Shown one piece after another: positions 31,801 to 42,095 of a stretch of DNA of 64,000 nucleotides. The DNA is taken from positions 54,943-118,942 of the forward strand of contig NIVC01003109.1 in assembly GCA_002269645.1 (NCBI GenBank), given 5' to 3'. Below the pieces are notes generated by a model, which ran no database searches, was not told the DNA's origin, and saw nothing but the letters and a program-made list of their open reading frames with translations. Source of the stretch: Macrostomum lignano. Its lineage: Eukaryota. Made by a program: the position numbers and the translations under genes. The first letter of the stretch is position 1; every line of letters begins with the position of its first letter.

Positions 31801-32855
31801 TCACATTCACATTCACATTCACATTCATATTCACATTTACATTCACATTCATATTCAAATTCATATTCAAATTCATATTCACATTCACATTCACATTTAT
31901 ATTCATATTCATATTCGCACACATTCACATTCACATTCACATTTACATTCACATTCACATTCACATTCACATTCACATTCACATTCACATTCAAATTCAC
32001 ATTCACATTCACATTCAAATTCATATTCATATACGCATTCACATTCACATGCACATGCACATGCACATGCACATGCACATTCACATTCACATTCACATTC
32101 AAATTTACAATCACATTCGTATTCGTATTCGTATTCGTATTCGTGTTCGTTTTCATATTCATATTCATATTCATATTCATATTCATATTCATATTCATAT
32201 TCATGTTCACATTCACATTCACATTCGTATTCGTATTCGTATTCATATTCATATTCATATTCACATTCTCATTCACATTCTCATAACCGATGATTCCAAA
32301 TCAACAGGTTCAATGTTCAAATCGTATATCCATGAAGTAAAGATTCTGCCCACCCTCGAACTCTTAAATTAGAACCATCAAAACACGGCCTTCATAGATT
32401 GAAATTATGATCCTATTAAAACTGAAACTACTTTAAACAACTAACCCTAAACTTAAAGAACTCTAAGTAGTCCAGAGTCAATCAAACAAATTCTATTAAT
32501 CCTTATGAACGGATTTAATAGCTATTGATTGTGATTTGAAACACAATTACTTTAAAGTAATCATATTTAAACCTATTTAAACATATATAAACATATTCAA
32601 ACCTATGTAAATCTATGTAAATCTATTTAGACTTACCACAGCGTTCATGGCTTCAGCTTCGGGTTTGGCATTTCCCCGAAGTTTGTTGTGAACGTCAACG
32701 AAAGCTTTTTTGTCAGCCTCACTGTAAGAGATGTCTGACTTGGCTGGAGCCAGTAGTGCCATCAGCAATAGGCAGACCAGAAATGCAGAAAAACATTTTA
32801 GCGGCTGTAGAATCTTACAGGCAGACAGCATCGAAACTTGTTTCATGTTTAACAT
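22838..32855 (-). CDS. CAP gene C (about 255 aa): signal peptide, CAP, Cys-rich hinge, hydrophobic tail (GLIPR1/PI16-like layout). Exons 32855-32637, 29417-29107, 27225-27134, 22983-22838
   Basis: GT-AG introns with phases 0,2,1 as in genes A and B. Motifs VHNKLR, FEH, GENIY, WHNE, CGHYTQV, GCG, VFCVY. C-terminal LTWIGLLLHAGLMALSLF. Confidence 0.88.
23046..26962. repeat. 3.9-kb satellite filling intron 3 of CAP gene C: 17-bp unit TGGTTCAATTGGTTCCA plus a 39-bp derivative
   Basis: Direct inspection. The 39-bp unit appears as the 13-aa repeat MVQLVPYFNWFHP in the ORF track. Confidence 0.99.
27964..29021 (-). mobile_element. Truncated LTR retrotransposon: one 968-bp LTR (29021-28054), a tRNA-Leu PBS and a short internal stub, in intron 2 of CAP gene C
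   Basis: The minus strand reads TGTAGT...ACTTCA, then c, then TGGTGGCAGCGGTGGGATTC (28052-28033), complementary to the 3' end of tRNA-Leu(AAG/TAG). TATAAATA at about 28490-28497; enhancer-like repeats at 28517-28693. Confidence 0.75.
30190..30650. repeat. 26-bp minisatellite ACTGAACTCGAGGAATACATTGGATT, about 17 copies
   Basis: Direct inspection. Confidence 0.97.
31764..32285. repeat. Compound hexamer microsatellite (TTCACA/TTCATA/TGCACA/TTCGTA)n
   Basis: Direct inspection. Confidence 0.98.
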
Positions 32856-33153
32856 ATGAGTCTGTCTGTTGTCTTAAAAAAGTATAATATATTTATCGTT
32901 GATTTTTTTCTTCAAAAATACGTCTAGCAATGCAAATTGATCTATAAGAATACACGTACCTGCATAACAGTTGATGTCTTTAACTTTGCTGATTGCCATA
33001 GACAAACTTATTACTCGGGCTGCAGATACTAATGCGTTTTGAGCAAATTTTTAGCGAAAGACGCAAATAATAGTACTCACAAATCAGTAGCTATAGCTAT
33101 GATAGGGATGAAGGTACGTAGTGATGTAGTAGGCAAAGTAGAAGGAAGCAATT

Positions 33154-34213
33154 CACTCGAAATCCATGGTAAATGTTTTGAAAGCCACTTTTCGCCGAAA
33201 AATACACTACAGAGATAGGAATTTTCATTTTATCAGCACTAAAATTGTTATTGCTTTCGATAGGAGGCAGATCCAATGTTCATCTTTTGATATGCTGTGC
33301 CTTTCTTATAGCTCTAAAGATATTTATAAAGCTTTTTGCTCAGAAACTTAAGATTCTATGTAAATTTTTCTTCTACGTACATTTCGATCCTGCACCTAAA
33401 AATCATAAAAATGCATGACGCAACACGAATCTTTGGTTTATGAATCTATTTTATCATCTCTGTTACACGTATTGTTATACAGTCAGCTAAGAATGAAAAA
33501 TTAGATTCATAAGAACAAATAAGCTGAGCCGTGCCATTTAATGTTTTTAGGCACACGCTGAGTCAAGTCGTGAGCCACGTCAAGTCGACGCGGCACACGC
33601 TGGCCTGCTGCGCGCCGCCTTCAAGATCGGCAACGAGCGAGTCACCAACACGGCGCTCTATCATCGCGCCGGCCTGGCCCGTCCTAGCGATCTGCTGCGC
33701 CGTCGGCGACTCCAGCTGGCAGGCCACGTCATCCGCGCCGAGGCCTACTGTCCGGAGCCGGTGCAGGAGGTGCTGCTACTTACGTTGCAGGCACCCTACC
33801 GGCGGGGACAGGCGAGGACTCGGCGCTACGTCGACTGTCTGCTGGCTGACGCCGGCGCCCCGGACTCTGCCGGCGGTGCGGCCTTTGTTCGCGCCCAAGC
33901 TTCGAAGCGCGCCATCTGACGCTGCTTTTGCGAACTGGCAGCGTACTCTGTTGTTGTTGTTGTTTTAGGCACAGGACATATGCAATTGTACGTAGAATGA
34001 AAATTAACTTAGAACCCTAATTTCGGATCGAAAATCTTTATGAATATCAGTAGAGCTATAAGATTAAAGGCAGAACATATCACAATATGAGCATTTGGTC
34101 TGCCTCCTATCGAAAGCAATAACAATTTTTGTGACAAAAATAACCTTCCTATCTTCGTAGTATACTTTTCGGCGAAAAGTGGCCTTCAAAACTTTTACCA
34201 TGAAACGCGAGTG
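33154..34213. mobile_element. Non-autonomous DNA transposon with diverged TIRs of about 220 bp, upstream of CAP gene C
   Basis: 33154-33380 is an inverted copy of about 33985-34213; termini CACTCG...CGAGTG; TSD not resolved. Confidence 0.75.
33555..33962 (+). mobile_element. 5'-truncated RTE-clade LINE with a (TTG)n tail
   Basis: An ATG-less frame reads ...RPSDLLRRRRLQLAGHVIRAE...YRRGQARTRRYVDC...KRAI*, an RTE-type ORF2 C-terminus. (TTG)4 tail; TSD TTTTAGGCAC(A) on both sides. Confidence 0.85.
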
Positions 34214-34374
34214 TCACGTTCTGTATATACATGTACGTTGCTTTAGTTGTCCTTGATCGGAAGTACGTATGTTAGGTATATTGGAAGCTAGGTATCCAAC
34301 TTATAGTATACTACTGATGTTTGTGAATAGTAAAATTTGCGTTCTTTGCTACTTAACTTCCAAAAATTGTTTAA

Positions 34375-34592
34375 TCGGCTGTAAACGGCTGTTTAGTCCA
34401 AAGACTGGGGGGGGGAGTCGCCACACACACCCTCAATTACCCCAGCTAATGCTGGCGGCACCCATTTTGCAGTTTGGAAAACAGAAAAATGCAGAGGTAA
34501 GTGTTTTGCTCAAGGAGACAAATTGTGTCTTGTGCCGAATCCCCGACCTTTCAGTCGTTGCGTCCGACGCTCTAACCACTTGGCAATAACTG
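34375..34592 (-). mobile_element. Near full-length copy of the tRNA-derived SINE
   Basis: The reverse complement has a tRNA-like head (CCAAGTGGTTAGAGCGTCGGAC...GACTGAAAGGTC), a CTCCTTGAGCAAAACACTT core and a 3' part matching 22050-22120. Confidence 0.75.
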
Positions 34593-34851
34593 TTGAACAT
34601 ACGATGACATGTGTACATTAAACCAGTTAAATCTCTTAAACCCGATTGGACGAAGCAAACTTACCTTTTCAAATAATTGGCTCAACGCTATTGGCCTGAA
34701 ACAAGCAGGTTTGAGACTACAAAACTAAGAGCATTACCTGTCACTAGCGTTTGATACTCCAGTCTTCAATTAGCAAGCAGTTTTAACAAATGATTCGCCC
34801 AATACGACTGTCCGTTTTGTTTTTCTCTCTTCTCTCCTGCGTTTCTTGCAG

Positions 34852-35035
34852 ATTCGTCCAAGGTACCTGGGCTGTTTCGTACACCGGCAGAGCTAAGCTT
34901 CTCACGAGTTCTGCAGCTTTCGGGCTCTATACGGAAACGCCAACGAGAGCGACTGCGACCATCACTGCTCGGGAAATCAGCTGCAGAAATGCGGAGGGAC
35001 ATTGCGCAATTCGGTGTTCGCTCTGAGTTACCCTG
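34852..35035 (+). pseudogene. Broken WSC-domain exon
   Basis: A strong acceptor (polypyrimidine tract + TTGCAG) and donor (G/GTGAGT) flank IRPRYLGCFVHRQS*ASHEFCSFRALYGNANESDCDHHCSGNQLQKCGGTLRNSVF. Both WSC ends are present, the middle is missing, and there is an in-frame TAA at 34894. Confidence 0.7.
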
Positions 35036-35612
35036 GTGAGTTGTAAAACACGCAAACATGCTCAACAATAGCAACCCCCCAACGATCAATCGATCCCTAG
35101 CGTAGAAGTTAATCCTATGTCTTTAGTGATTTAGTAATGCAATTAAGGAACCCTAACTAGGAGCCCGCAAAAATTCCGTCTCACACTGTTATGATTTTGA
35201 AAGGGCTTCTGCCAATGAGAGTTGAACACGATAAACATCTGTGCTACATACTGTAGCATCCTGACCATCAACCGATTGATGAACTATTGGGACAGCTGAA
35301 CATTCACCAATGATAATGCTTAACTTCTGTGCCCTTTCACAGTGCCGGACAGAAACACCTACACGATGGTACGTCTGAGAAGCCTTCAATCTGGCAGGTC
35401 GCTGCCAAGGACTACTTAACAATACTCTCGTATGATATACGTTCGTACTGAAGAAATTTTGACCAGGCATAAGATTGTTGCAGCGACAAATCTTTATCTG
35501 AGTCTCATTTATCTTACTGAAACGCGTTGGTAAAATAGTACAGTATGTTTATAGCTCACCTTAGTTAAGCCATCCTGAAGTTTGAGCCACTACACTACAA
35601 GTTTTGGAAAGA

Positions 35613-35785
35613 CATTGAGTAGGTTAAGCCATTGAGTAGGTTAAGCCATTGAGTAGGTTAAGCCATTGAGTAGGTTAAGCCATTGAGTAGGTTAAGCCAT
35701 TGAGTAGGCTAATGTATTGAGTAGGTTAAGCCATTGGGTAGGTAGGTTAAGCCATTGGGTAGGTAGGTTAAGCCATTGAGTAGGG
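35613..35785. repeat. 17-bp minisatellite CATTGAGTAGGTTAAGC
   Basis: About 9 copies with variants. Confidence 0.95.
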
Positions 35786-37156
35786 TAATTAGTCATCCAG
35801 TGGGCTAAGCCCATCCCATCCACGAGGTAGTTGGCCAATTAGTCGCTTTTGTGGGAAGCGATGGAACTTTGCGTTTTTTTAGTTATCAGAAAAGCCCTTC
35901 TGCTCGAAAAACTCCTAATAGCGCTAGCCTTTATATTTGCAAAGTTAAAAGCTAGCTCGTACCATAAAGATGTGCTATATGTCTGCTTTGGATAAAAAGC
36001 AGTTTCAAGTCTATTTATTTCTCGTTTTCAGGCGTGCATATCTAGTACCAGGTATAGCTACAGCTGCGGTAGACCAATTTTAAAAGTGCAAACGTCTTGA
36101 ATGGTGGCGGCGAGTTCACTCAACACAGCACGTCTGGGACCAATTAAAACTAAAAGGACGGCGCAGTCTAAAGTATGCATCCATGTACAACATATGCATG
36201 TCAGTTTCGATAACTAGCTCGTACTACTCAAAAGAAAATGACGGCTTGTAAGGTGCTTTGAATTTTCAATGCATGCATGCATGCTTCAACTCATTTTAAG
36301 GTCGTTTTTGACATCCAAGCTTCGATAGAATGTTCGATAGAAGGTACTAAGCTAGACGGAAATTATGTATTGATAAAAAATGGGACAAAAACAAAAAACA
36401 CTATAAAAACTAAAAAGATCTGCATTCTATGATAAAAACATTTCAATGCCCTGCTAAATCTATAGTATACGCTAAGGGAAATTCAGCCTCCAAAAAAAAT
36501 TACACGAATCGTGCGTGTTGCGTCCTATATAAACGACAATTAAGTAGTCCGTGTTTCAAGCATGATATGATTATACATAAATTTTTGTTTAATATAATGT
36601 AAAAGTAAGCAAATGTAAAGCAATTAAAATACTAAAGCCGAGATCGAGAAGATAGCTTTCCTGACGATCTTTGCAGGCGTCAAGTGGCAGCTAGGTTAAA
36701 GTGGGTTGACATCAAGATCTATAAACAACTCGGCAAAATGGCTAGATCTAGCTTTACAAAGAAGTACATGTACAGCATGTTCGATAAAAATGACATGCGT
36801 AAGGTACATGCATGTACAGCTAGAGCCTTTCAGAGGAAGGATCTAATTATTAACAAAAGATTTTCGTCATCACTGTGTGTCATGTGAAAATACTTTTATA
36901 TTATAAGCTATATAAGTGTTTGAAAAAACATAAAAGTTAATTAATTTACTACTCTACATGCAGGTCAGGTATGTTCATTGCGCCTTTACATATTTTTTTA
37001 GATTTGGCTCGAAAGCTGTTGAATCTACATGTAGTTTAGATCAGTAAAAATGTCGTGATATACCTCATTTTCTTATCTAGTGTTCCTAAAAGATGATACT
37101 ATTTTTAATAGGTTAAATCAGCGAACAAAAGTATTGTTGCGAAAGAATATGAAAGG

Positions 37157-37340
37157 GGGCATGTCGTGGTCTAACGCGCTCTTTTTAATTGGTGCCAGTG
37201 GGCTCTCCGGTCGATCCCTTACAGCTTTTATATTCAGACATTCAAGTGCATTTACATGGGGCCAAATTGGAATCTCGGCTTGGGTCTGCTTGTGAAATTA
37301 ATGCCCTTGAAGGCCAACCCCAAGGCACAGTTAAGTGTAC
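37157..37340 (+). mobile_element. Possible second SINE-like repeat
   Basis: A-box-like TGGTCTAACGCG and B-box-like GGTCGATCCC. 37262-37333 is similar to 31488-31563. Confidence 0.4.
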
Positions 37341-38665
37341 ATGCCTATAAGTGTACATGTACATGTACAAAAAGTACAAGTAAATAAAGATATGTAAGTC
37401 ATAATGTTCAAGCAAGCAGTCGCCGTTGACAACCCAAAATATCACAAACCTGAAAAATCACAAACCCCCTAACTCCTAAAGCTCTAGCAACGCCCAGCAG
37501 TTTTGGTTTTCGGGATTATTTGGACGTTGCAAGAAGTTTTGGAGTTATGATATTTCTATTTCCTGTTTGGGATATTTCGGGCTTGCAGTGACGCATCTCC
37601 CCAGCGAGTGGTAAAATTAGTTAACGCAATGCTTTTTTTGACAGCTGTGATCGAACGTGATAATTTCCTGATGAATTAACAATATTTATAACTCTCAAGT
37701 TATACAGTTATAAGAAGATAAATTTCATTGTTCGTATAAAACGCACAAGCGGGCGATAATTGTAAAAATAGCGGCAGACGAACTTTATTTTTCGTTTATT
37801 TTTCATTGGGATTTTTTAACCCTGGAAAGTTCCGCTTTCAACACTTTAGTGAAGAAGGCGGCAAGTAACTGTCAAAATCATTAACAATCAATTCCACAGG
37901 CTTAAATGACTTTTAAAACGGTTTACTGTTTTATTCTTCATTTTTTCGACGTTTGGTTTGCTATGCTTGCCTGTAGCTGTACTGTATAGATTATAGCAAA
38001 AAGCAATACAATACACAAAAGTAAGGCCTACCCTAGGCTAGGCCCCCTATAGTGTAATTATTTGTAAAATTGATTTATATAAAATAATTTTGTTTTTGAT
38101 AAATTATTTTGCAAAGGAGAAACAGACCCAGCTAACAACAGCTATTTGAATTGAGCTTAATAGACCTAAATTCCTATTAAAACTATGTACTAGGGCCTCG
38201 CAGCCTACTACTACTAGCCTACTAGGTAGCATAGGCCTACTAGACCCTACTAAATTTACAAGTTTTTTTCAATAATTTATATCTTAAGAGGGTTATTGTT
38301 AAATTTAAGCCTTTTTCCTTATCCTATTTCTCATTTTATCATTTTGTCAATTTTTTATTATTTTTCATGCTTGCAAAAATTGTTTTGTTTGGATGAAAAA
38401 AGAGGGCTAGAAGAAAGGCAAAGAAAATAATAAAAAAATTTTGGCTTTGCATTAAAAGCCTTATAACCTATTCATGACTTAAGTTAAGTCATGAATAATA
38501 TAATTTTGTAAGGTTTCATGTTTCTAGATAGTCAATAAAAATTATAAATTAAATGTCAAGTGACATTTTAAAAGTTTAGAAAATACAAACAAGCAAGATT
38601 TTCATTTTTAGTATATTGGTGACATCTCTTAGAAAATATGATAGAGCTTGATAGTATAGGCCTAG

Positions 38666-39314
38666 TAGTGTTCCACCATACCATAGCCATAGCTATGGCT
38701 ATGGGATCCTATGTCAAATACAGTAAAATAGGTGCCTATGGCAGCTATGGATATACCTATAATAGCTAGCTGCTCTTACAGCTACAACTACGGAAATATG
38801 GTAGTTGCTGTCCCATTCGGTAGATTCCTATAGCTATAGTTATTAATGTTAAAAATTGAAAAAAAATATTAGAAACAGTAGATTAAAACAAAGATACTTT
38901 TAGTAAACTATATTATCAACCTAGAAACTTATAAAATATACCTAAAAAAGTATAATAAAACACTAGCAAACACTAATTTTTATTAATGTGAAAAAGTTTA
39001 GTGTTAGTACTTTCAGTAACAATTAAGTATTGTTGCTTTGAAAAAAGACAAAATATAATCTTACAAAGGCAATTTAGTGTTTCTTTTATTTTCTAACTTA
39101 ATTTATAGTTGTTTAAGCATTAGGTTATCGTCTTGATTCAAAATATTTTATTTTTTAGACTTTTTGTTAAAACTACGGCTATAGCTACGGGAACTATGGG
39201 AATATAGTAATTTCAGGGTTTCTACGGCTACAGAATACAGAGAATTGGAATAAGCCATAGTTTTTCTTATGGCTATGGCTACGGTACATGGACCCTCCTT
39301 ATGGTGGAACACTA
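38666..39314. mobile_element. MITE with 15-bp TIRs and CTATGG/CTACGG subterminal motifs
   Basis: TAGTGTTCCACCATA ... TATGGTGGAACACTA; TSD ambiguous (TAG or TA). Confidence 0.75.
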
Positions 39315-40364
39315 TAGTATAAATAAAATATTTTAATTAATATACATTATTAAAAAAGAATTTAACAAAACAAAGTTGCTTATGATTTGAAAAAAAACAT
39401 TTCTTTTTTTAAGAATTATATATATAGCAATGTAGTTTATTAAACTTGGGTTTTTCTTTCTTATAACTTTTTTATAATGCAATTGTAATATTTGAATAAT
39501 TTTTATAATAGTTATATTCCTTTTATACATTGCAAAACATAAAGTATAATATTTTTTTTCAAGTATAATAGTATGGTTCTTTATTTATATAGACATTTTA
39601 ACTGCTTAATAAATACAAGGGTTGTTTAGAAAGTCCACAATCAAATATGCAATCTTTTTTAAGTCACTAGGCCTATTTTGTCTTGGTATTTTATACCATA
39701 GACAAAAATCATACCTTGAATGTTTTAAAGTAAGAATGGTCTTGTTTGAACCAAGCATTTCCTTTGTGTAGTTTTTTAGATATACACAAATTTTTCTACT
39801 ATGCTTAATAATGAAGAAGAAAAGCAAAGCATTATTTGGATTTGTAGAGGCAAGGAAAGCAATAAGCAAAAATTCTTTGTGAGATGCAAGCAACATTTGG
39901 TGAATATATAGCCTAACATCAAAAAACATGGTCAACAAGTGGGTGCAGCACTTTGAAGATAGCTAAGAGATAGTCAATGACTTTCTATGGCATACATGTG
40001 CAACAGTTAGCTGAGCTAGCTGATCCGGCCAACCAATTTTTTAGCCAACCAAGGTAAGTCACAAAAATGCCCACTTGAATAAAACCCAAGTAGTACTAAG
40101 TACTAAGTAGATAATGAGGCATTTTGCCTTAGTAAGACAGTTATAGTTACATACATGCGCAACTGCTGGCCGACCTGGCCGATCCGGCCACCGTAAATTG
40201 TGGCTGACCAGGGGTAAGTCGCAAAATTGAGTCAACCAAAAACAGAAAAACACAAGAACCAAGAAAGGCAAGAGGAAAGCGAAAGAAAGAGCAGTTCAGG
40301 GAAAATGGTGAAGCAAAAGAAAAACAATTCGCAAAAGAAGCAAACTAAGTTGTAAAAATAATCA

Positions 40365-41095
40365 GATAAGTCGCAAAAAGGATCAGGTAAGTCGCAACAG
40401 GAATCAGGTAAGTCGCAAAAGGGTTAGGTAAGTCGCAAAAAGGATTAGGTAAGTCCCAAAAAGGATTAGGTAAGTCGCAAAAGGATCAGCTAAGTCGCAA
40501 AAGGGTTAGGTAAGTCGCAAAAGGGTTAGATAAGTCGCAAAAGGGTTAGGTAAGTCGCAAAAGGATCAGCTAAGTCGCAAAAGGATTAGGTAAGTCGCAA
40601 AAAGGATTAGGTAAGTCGCAAAAAGGATTAAGTAAGTCGCAAAAAGGATTAGGTAAGTCACAAAGGGTTAGGTAAGTCGCAAAAGGATTAAGTAAGTCGC
40701 AAAAAGGATTAGGTAAGTCACAAAGGGTTAGGTAAGTCGCAAAAGGATTAGGTAAGTCGCAAAAAGGATTAAGTAAGTCGCAAAAAGGATTAGGTAAGTC
40801 GCAAAAGGGTTAGGTAAGTCGCAAAAGGATCAGGTAAGTCGCAAAAAGGATTAAGTAAGTCGCAAAAAGGATTAGGTAAGTCGCAAAAAGGATTAGGTAA
40901 GTCACAAAGGGTTAGGTAAGTCGCAAAAGGATTAGGTAAGTCGCATAAGGATTAGGTAAGTCGCAAAAAGGATTAGGTAAGTCGCAAAAGGAATAGGTAA
41001 GTCGCAAAAAGGATTAAGTAAGTCGCAAAAAGGATTAAGTAAGTCGCAAAAAGGATTAGGTAAGTCGCAAAAAGAAGCAACTAAGTCGCAATAAG
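40365..41095. repeat. 20-22-bp subterminal array (TAGGTAAGTCGCAAAAAGGAT)n of the middle-tier element
   Basis: Direct inspection. Confidence 0.95.
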
Positions 41096-42095
41096 AGGGA
41101 AGTAAGTCACAATCAGAGGCAATCAGGGGGTAGTAGGTGCAAGTGTGGCAGGAGAGCAAAAACAGAATAGAAGCCTTCAACCACAGACAAGATCTTTGAA
41201 ATCAGAAGCCCGCGTCATTTCTTAAACTCTGGAGCAGGGGTTGGCAAACTCCGGCTCGCGAAGCCCCTCTATCTGGCCCTCGCCCCTCGGGTTCTTTGAA
41301 ACTTCCTAACTACGAGTAGCAAGGTTGGTGTCTCTTCAACTCTCATCTCTCTCTTCTTCTCTACCTTGCCTCCCCTCTTCTCTCTCTCCCCCTTTTCCCT
41401 CTTCTCTCTCCTCTCATTTTTACTCTCCTCTCTTCTCCCCCTTTCTCTCTACCCTTTCTCCTCAATGCCCTCTTCTCTCCTCTTATCTTCAGCAAAAATA
41501 TGTGCATATTTTCTTACTTCAAAGTAGAGGGAATAGAAGATTAGAGATAAGCAAACAGAGGAGAGGCGAGCGATGCGATGGGAGAAAAGATAGAAGAGGA
41601 GAGAAAAGCTGAGGGAGGAAAAAGAGATGAGAGAGAAGAGGAGATGAGAGAAAAGAGGAAAGAAAAGATGATGGATGAGATCAGAAGAGAGGAAAGAGGA
41701 AAGAGGAGAGAGTAGATGAGAGACGAGAGGATAAAGAGGAGATGAGAGGAGAGTGAAGAGAGGAGAGACGAGAGAGTAGAAAAGAGAGGAGAGATAATGA
41801 GAGAGTAGAGTGGAGAGAGACGAGAGGGAAGATAAGATGAGAGAGTAGAGTGGAATGGAGAGAGACGAGAGGAGAGATAAGAATGTAGAGAGGAGACAGA
41901 AGAGATAGGAGAGGAGAGGAAAGAGAGGAGAGAGGAGAGGAAAGAGAGAAGGGATAAGGGATGAGAGAGAAAAGAAAAAGAGGATGAGAAGATTGAGGAA
42001 TGGAGAGAATTTGCAAAGGCCTCAAATCTTAGTTCAACATGCATTACTCCCATCTTTGCCTTTTTCCTAACTGTTAACAAGTTTTTGTTTGAGCA

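Noticed and set aside
31466-32372. His/Ile/Phe/Thr dipeptide-repeat ORFs
   Set aside because: Artefacts of the hexamer microsatellite.
34664-35600. Minus-strand gene suggested by donors at about 34664, 34737 and 35560 and ORFs 34766-35089 and 35189-35470
   Set aside because: I could not assemble a consistent reading frame or recognise a domain; 34766-35089 is antisense to the WSC exon.
39606-39975. Hydrophobic 110-aa ORF, possibly a GPCR TM7 fragment
   Set aside because: No diagnostic motif, AT-rich, and no linked exons found.
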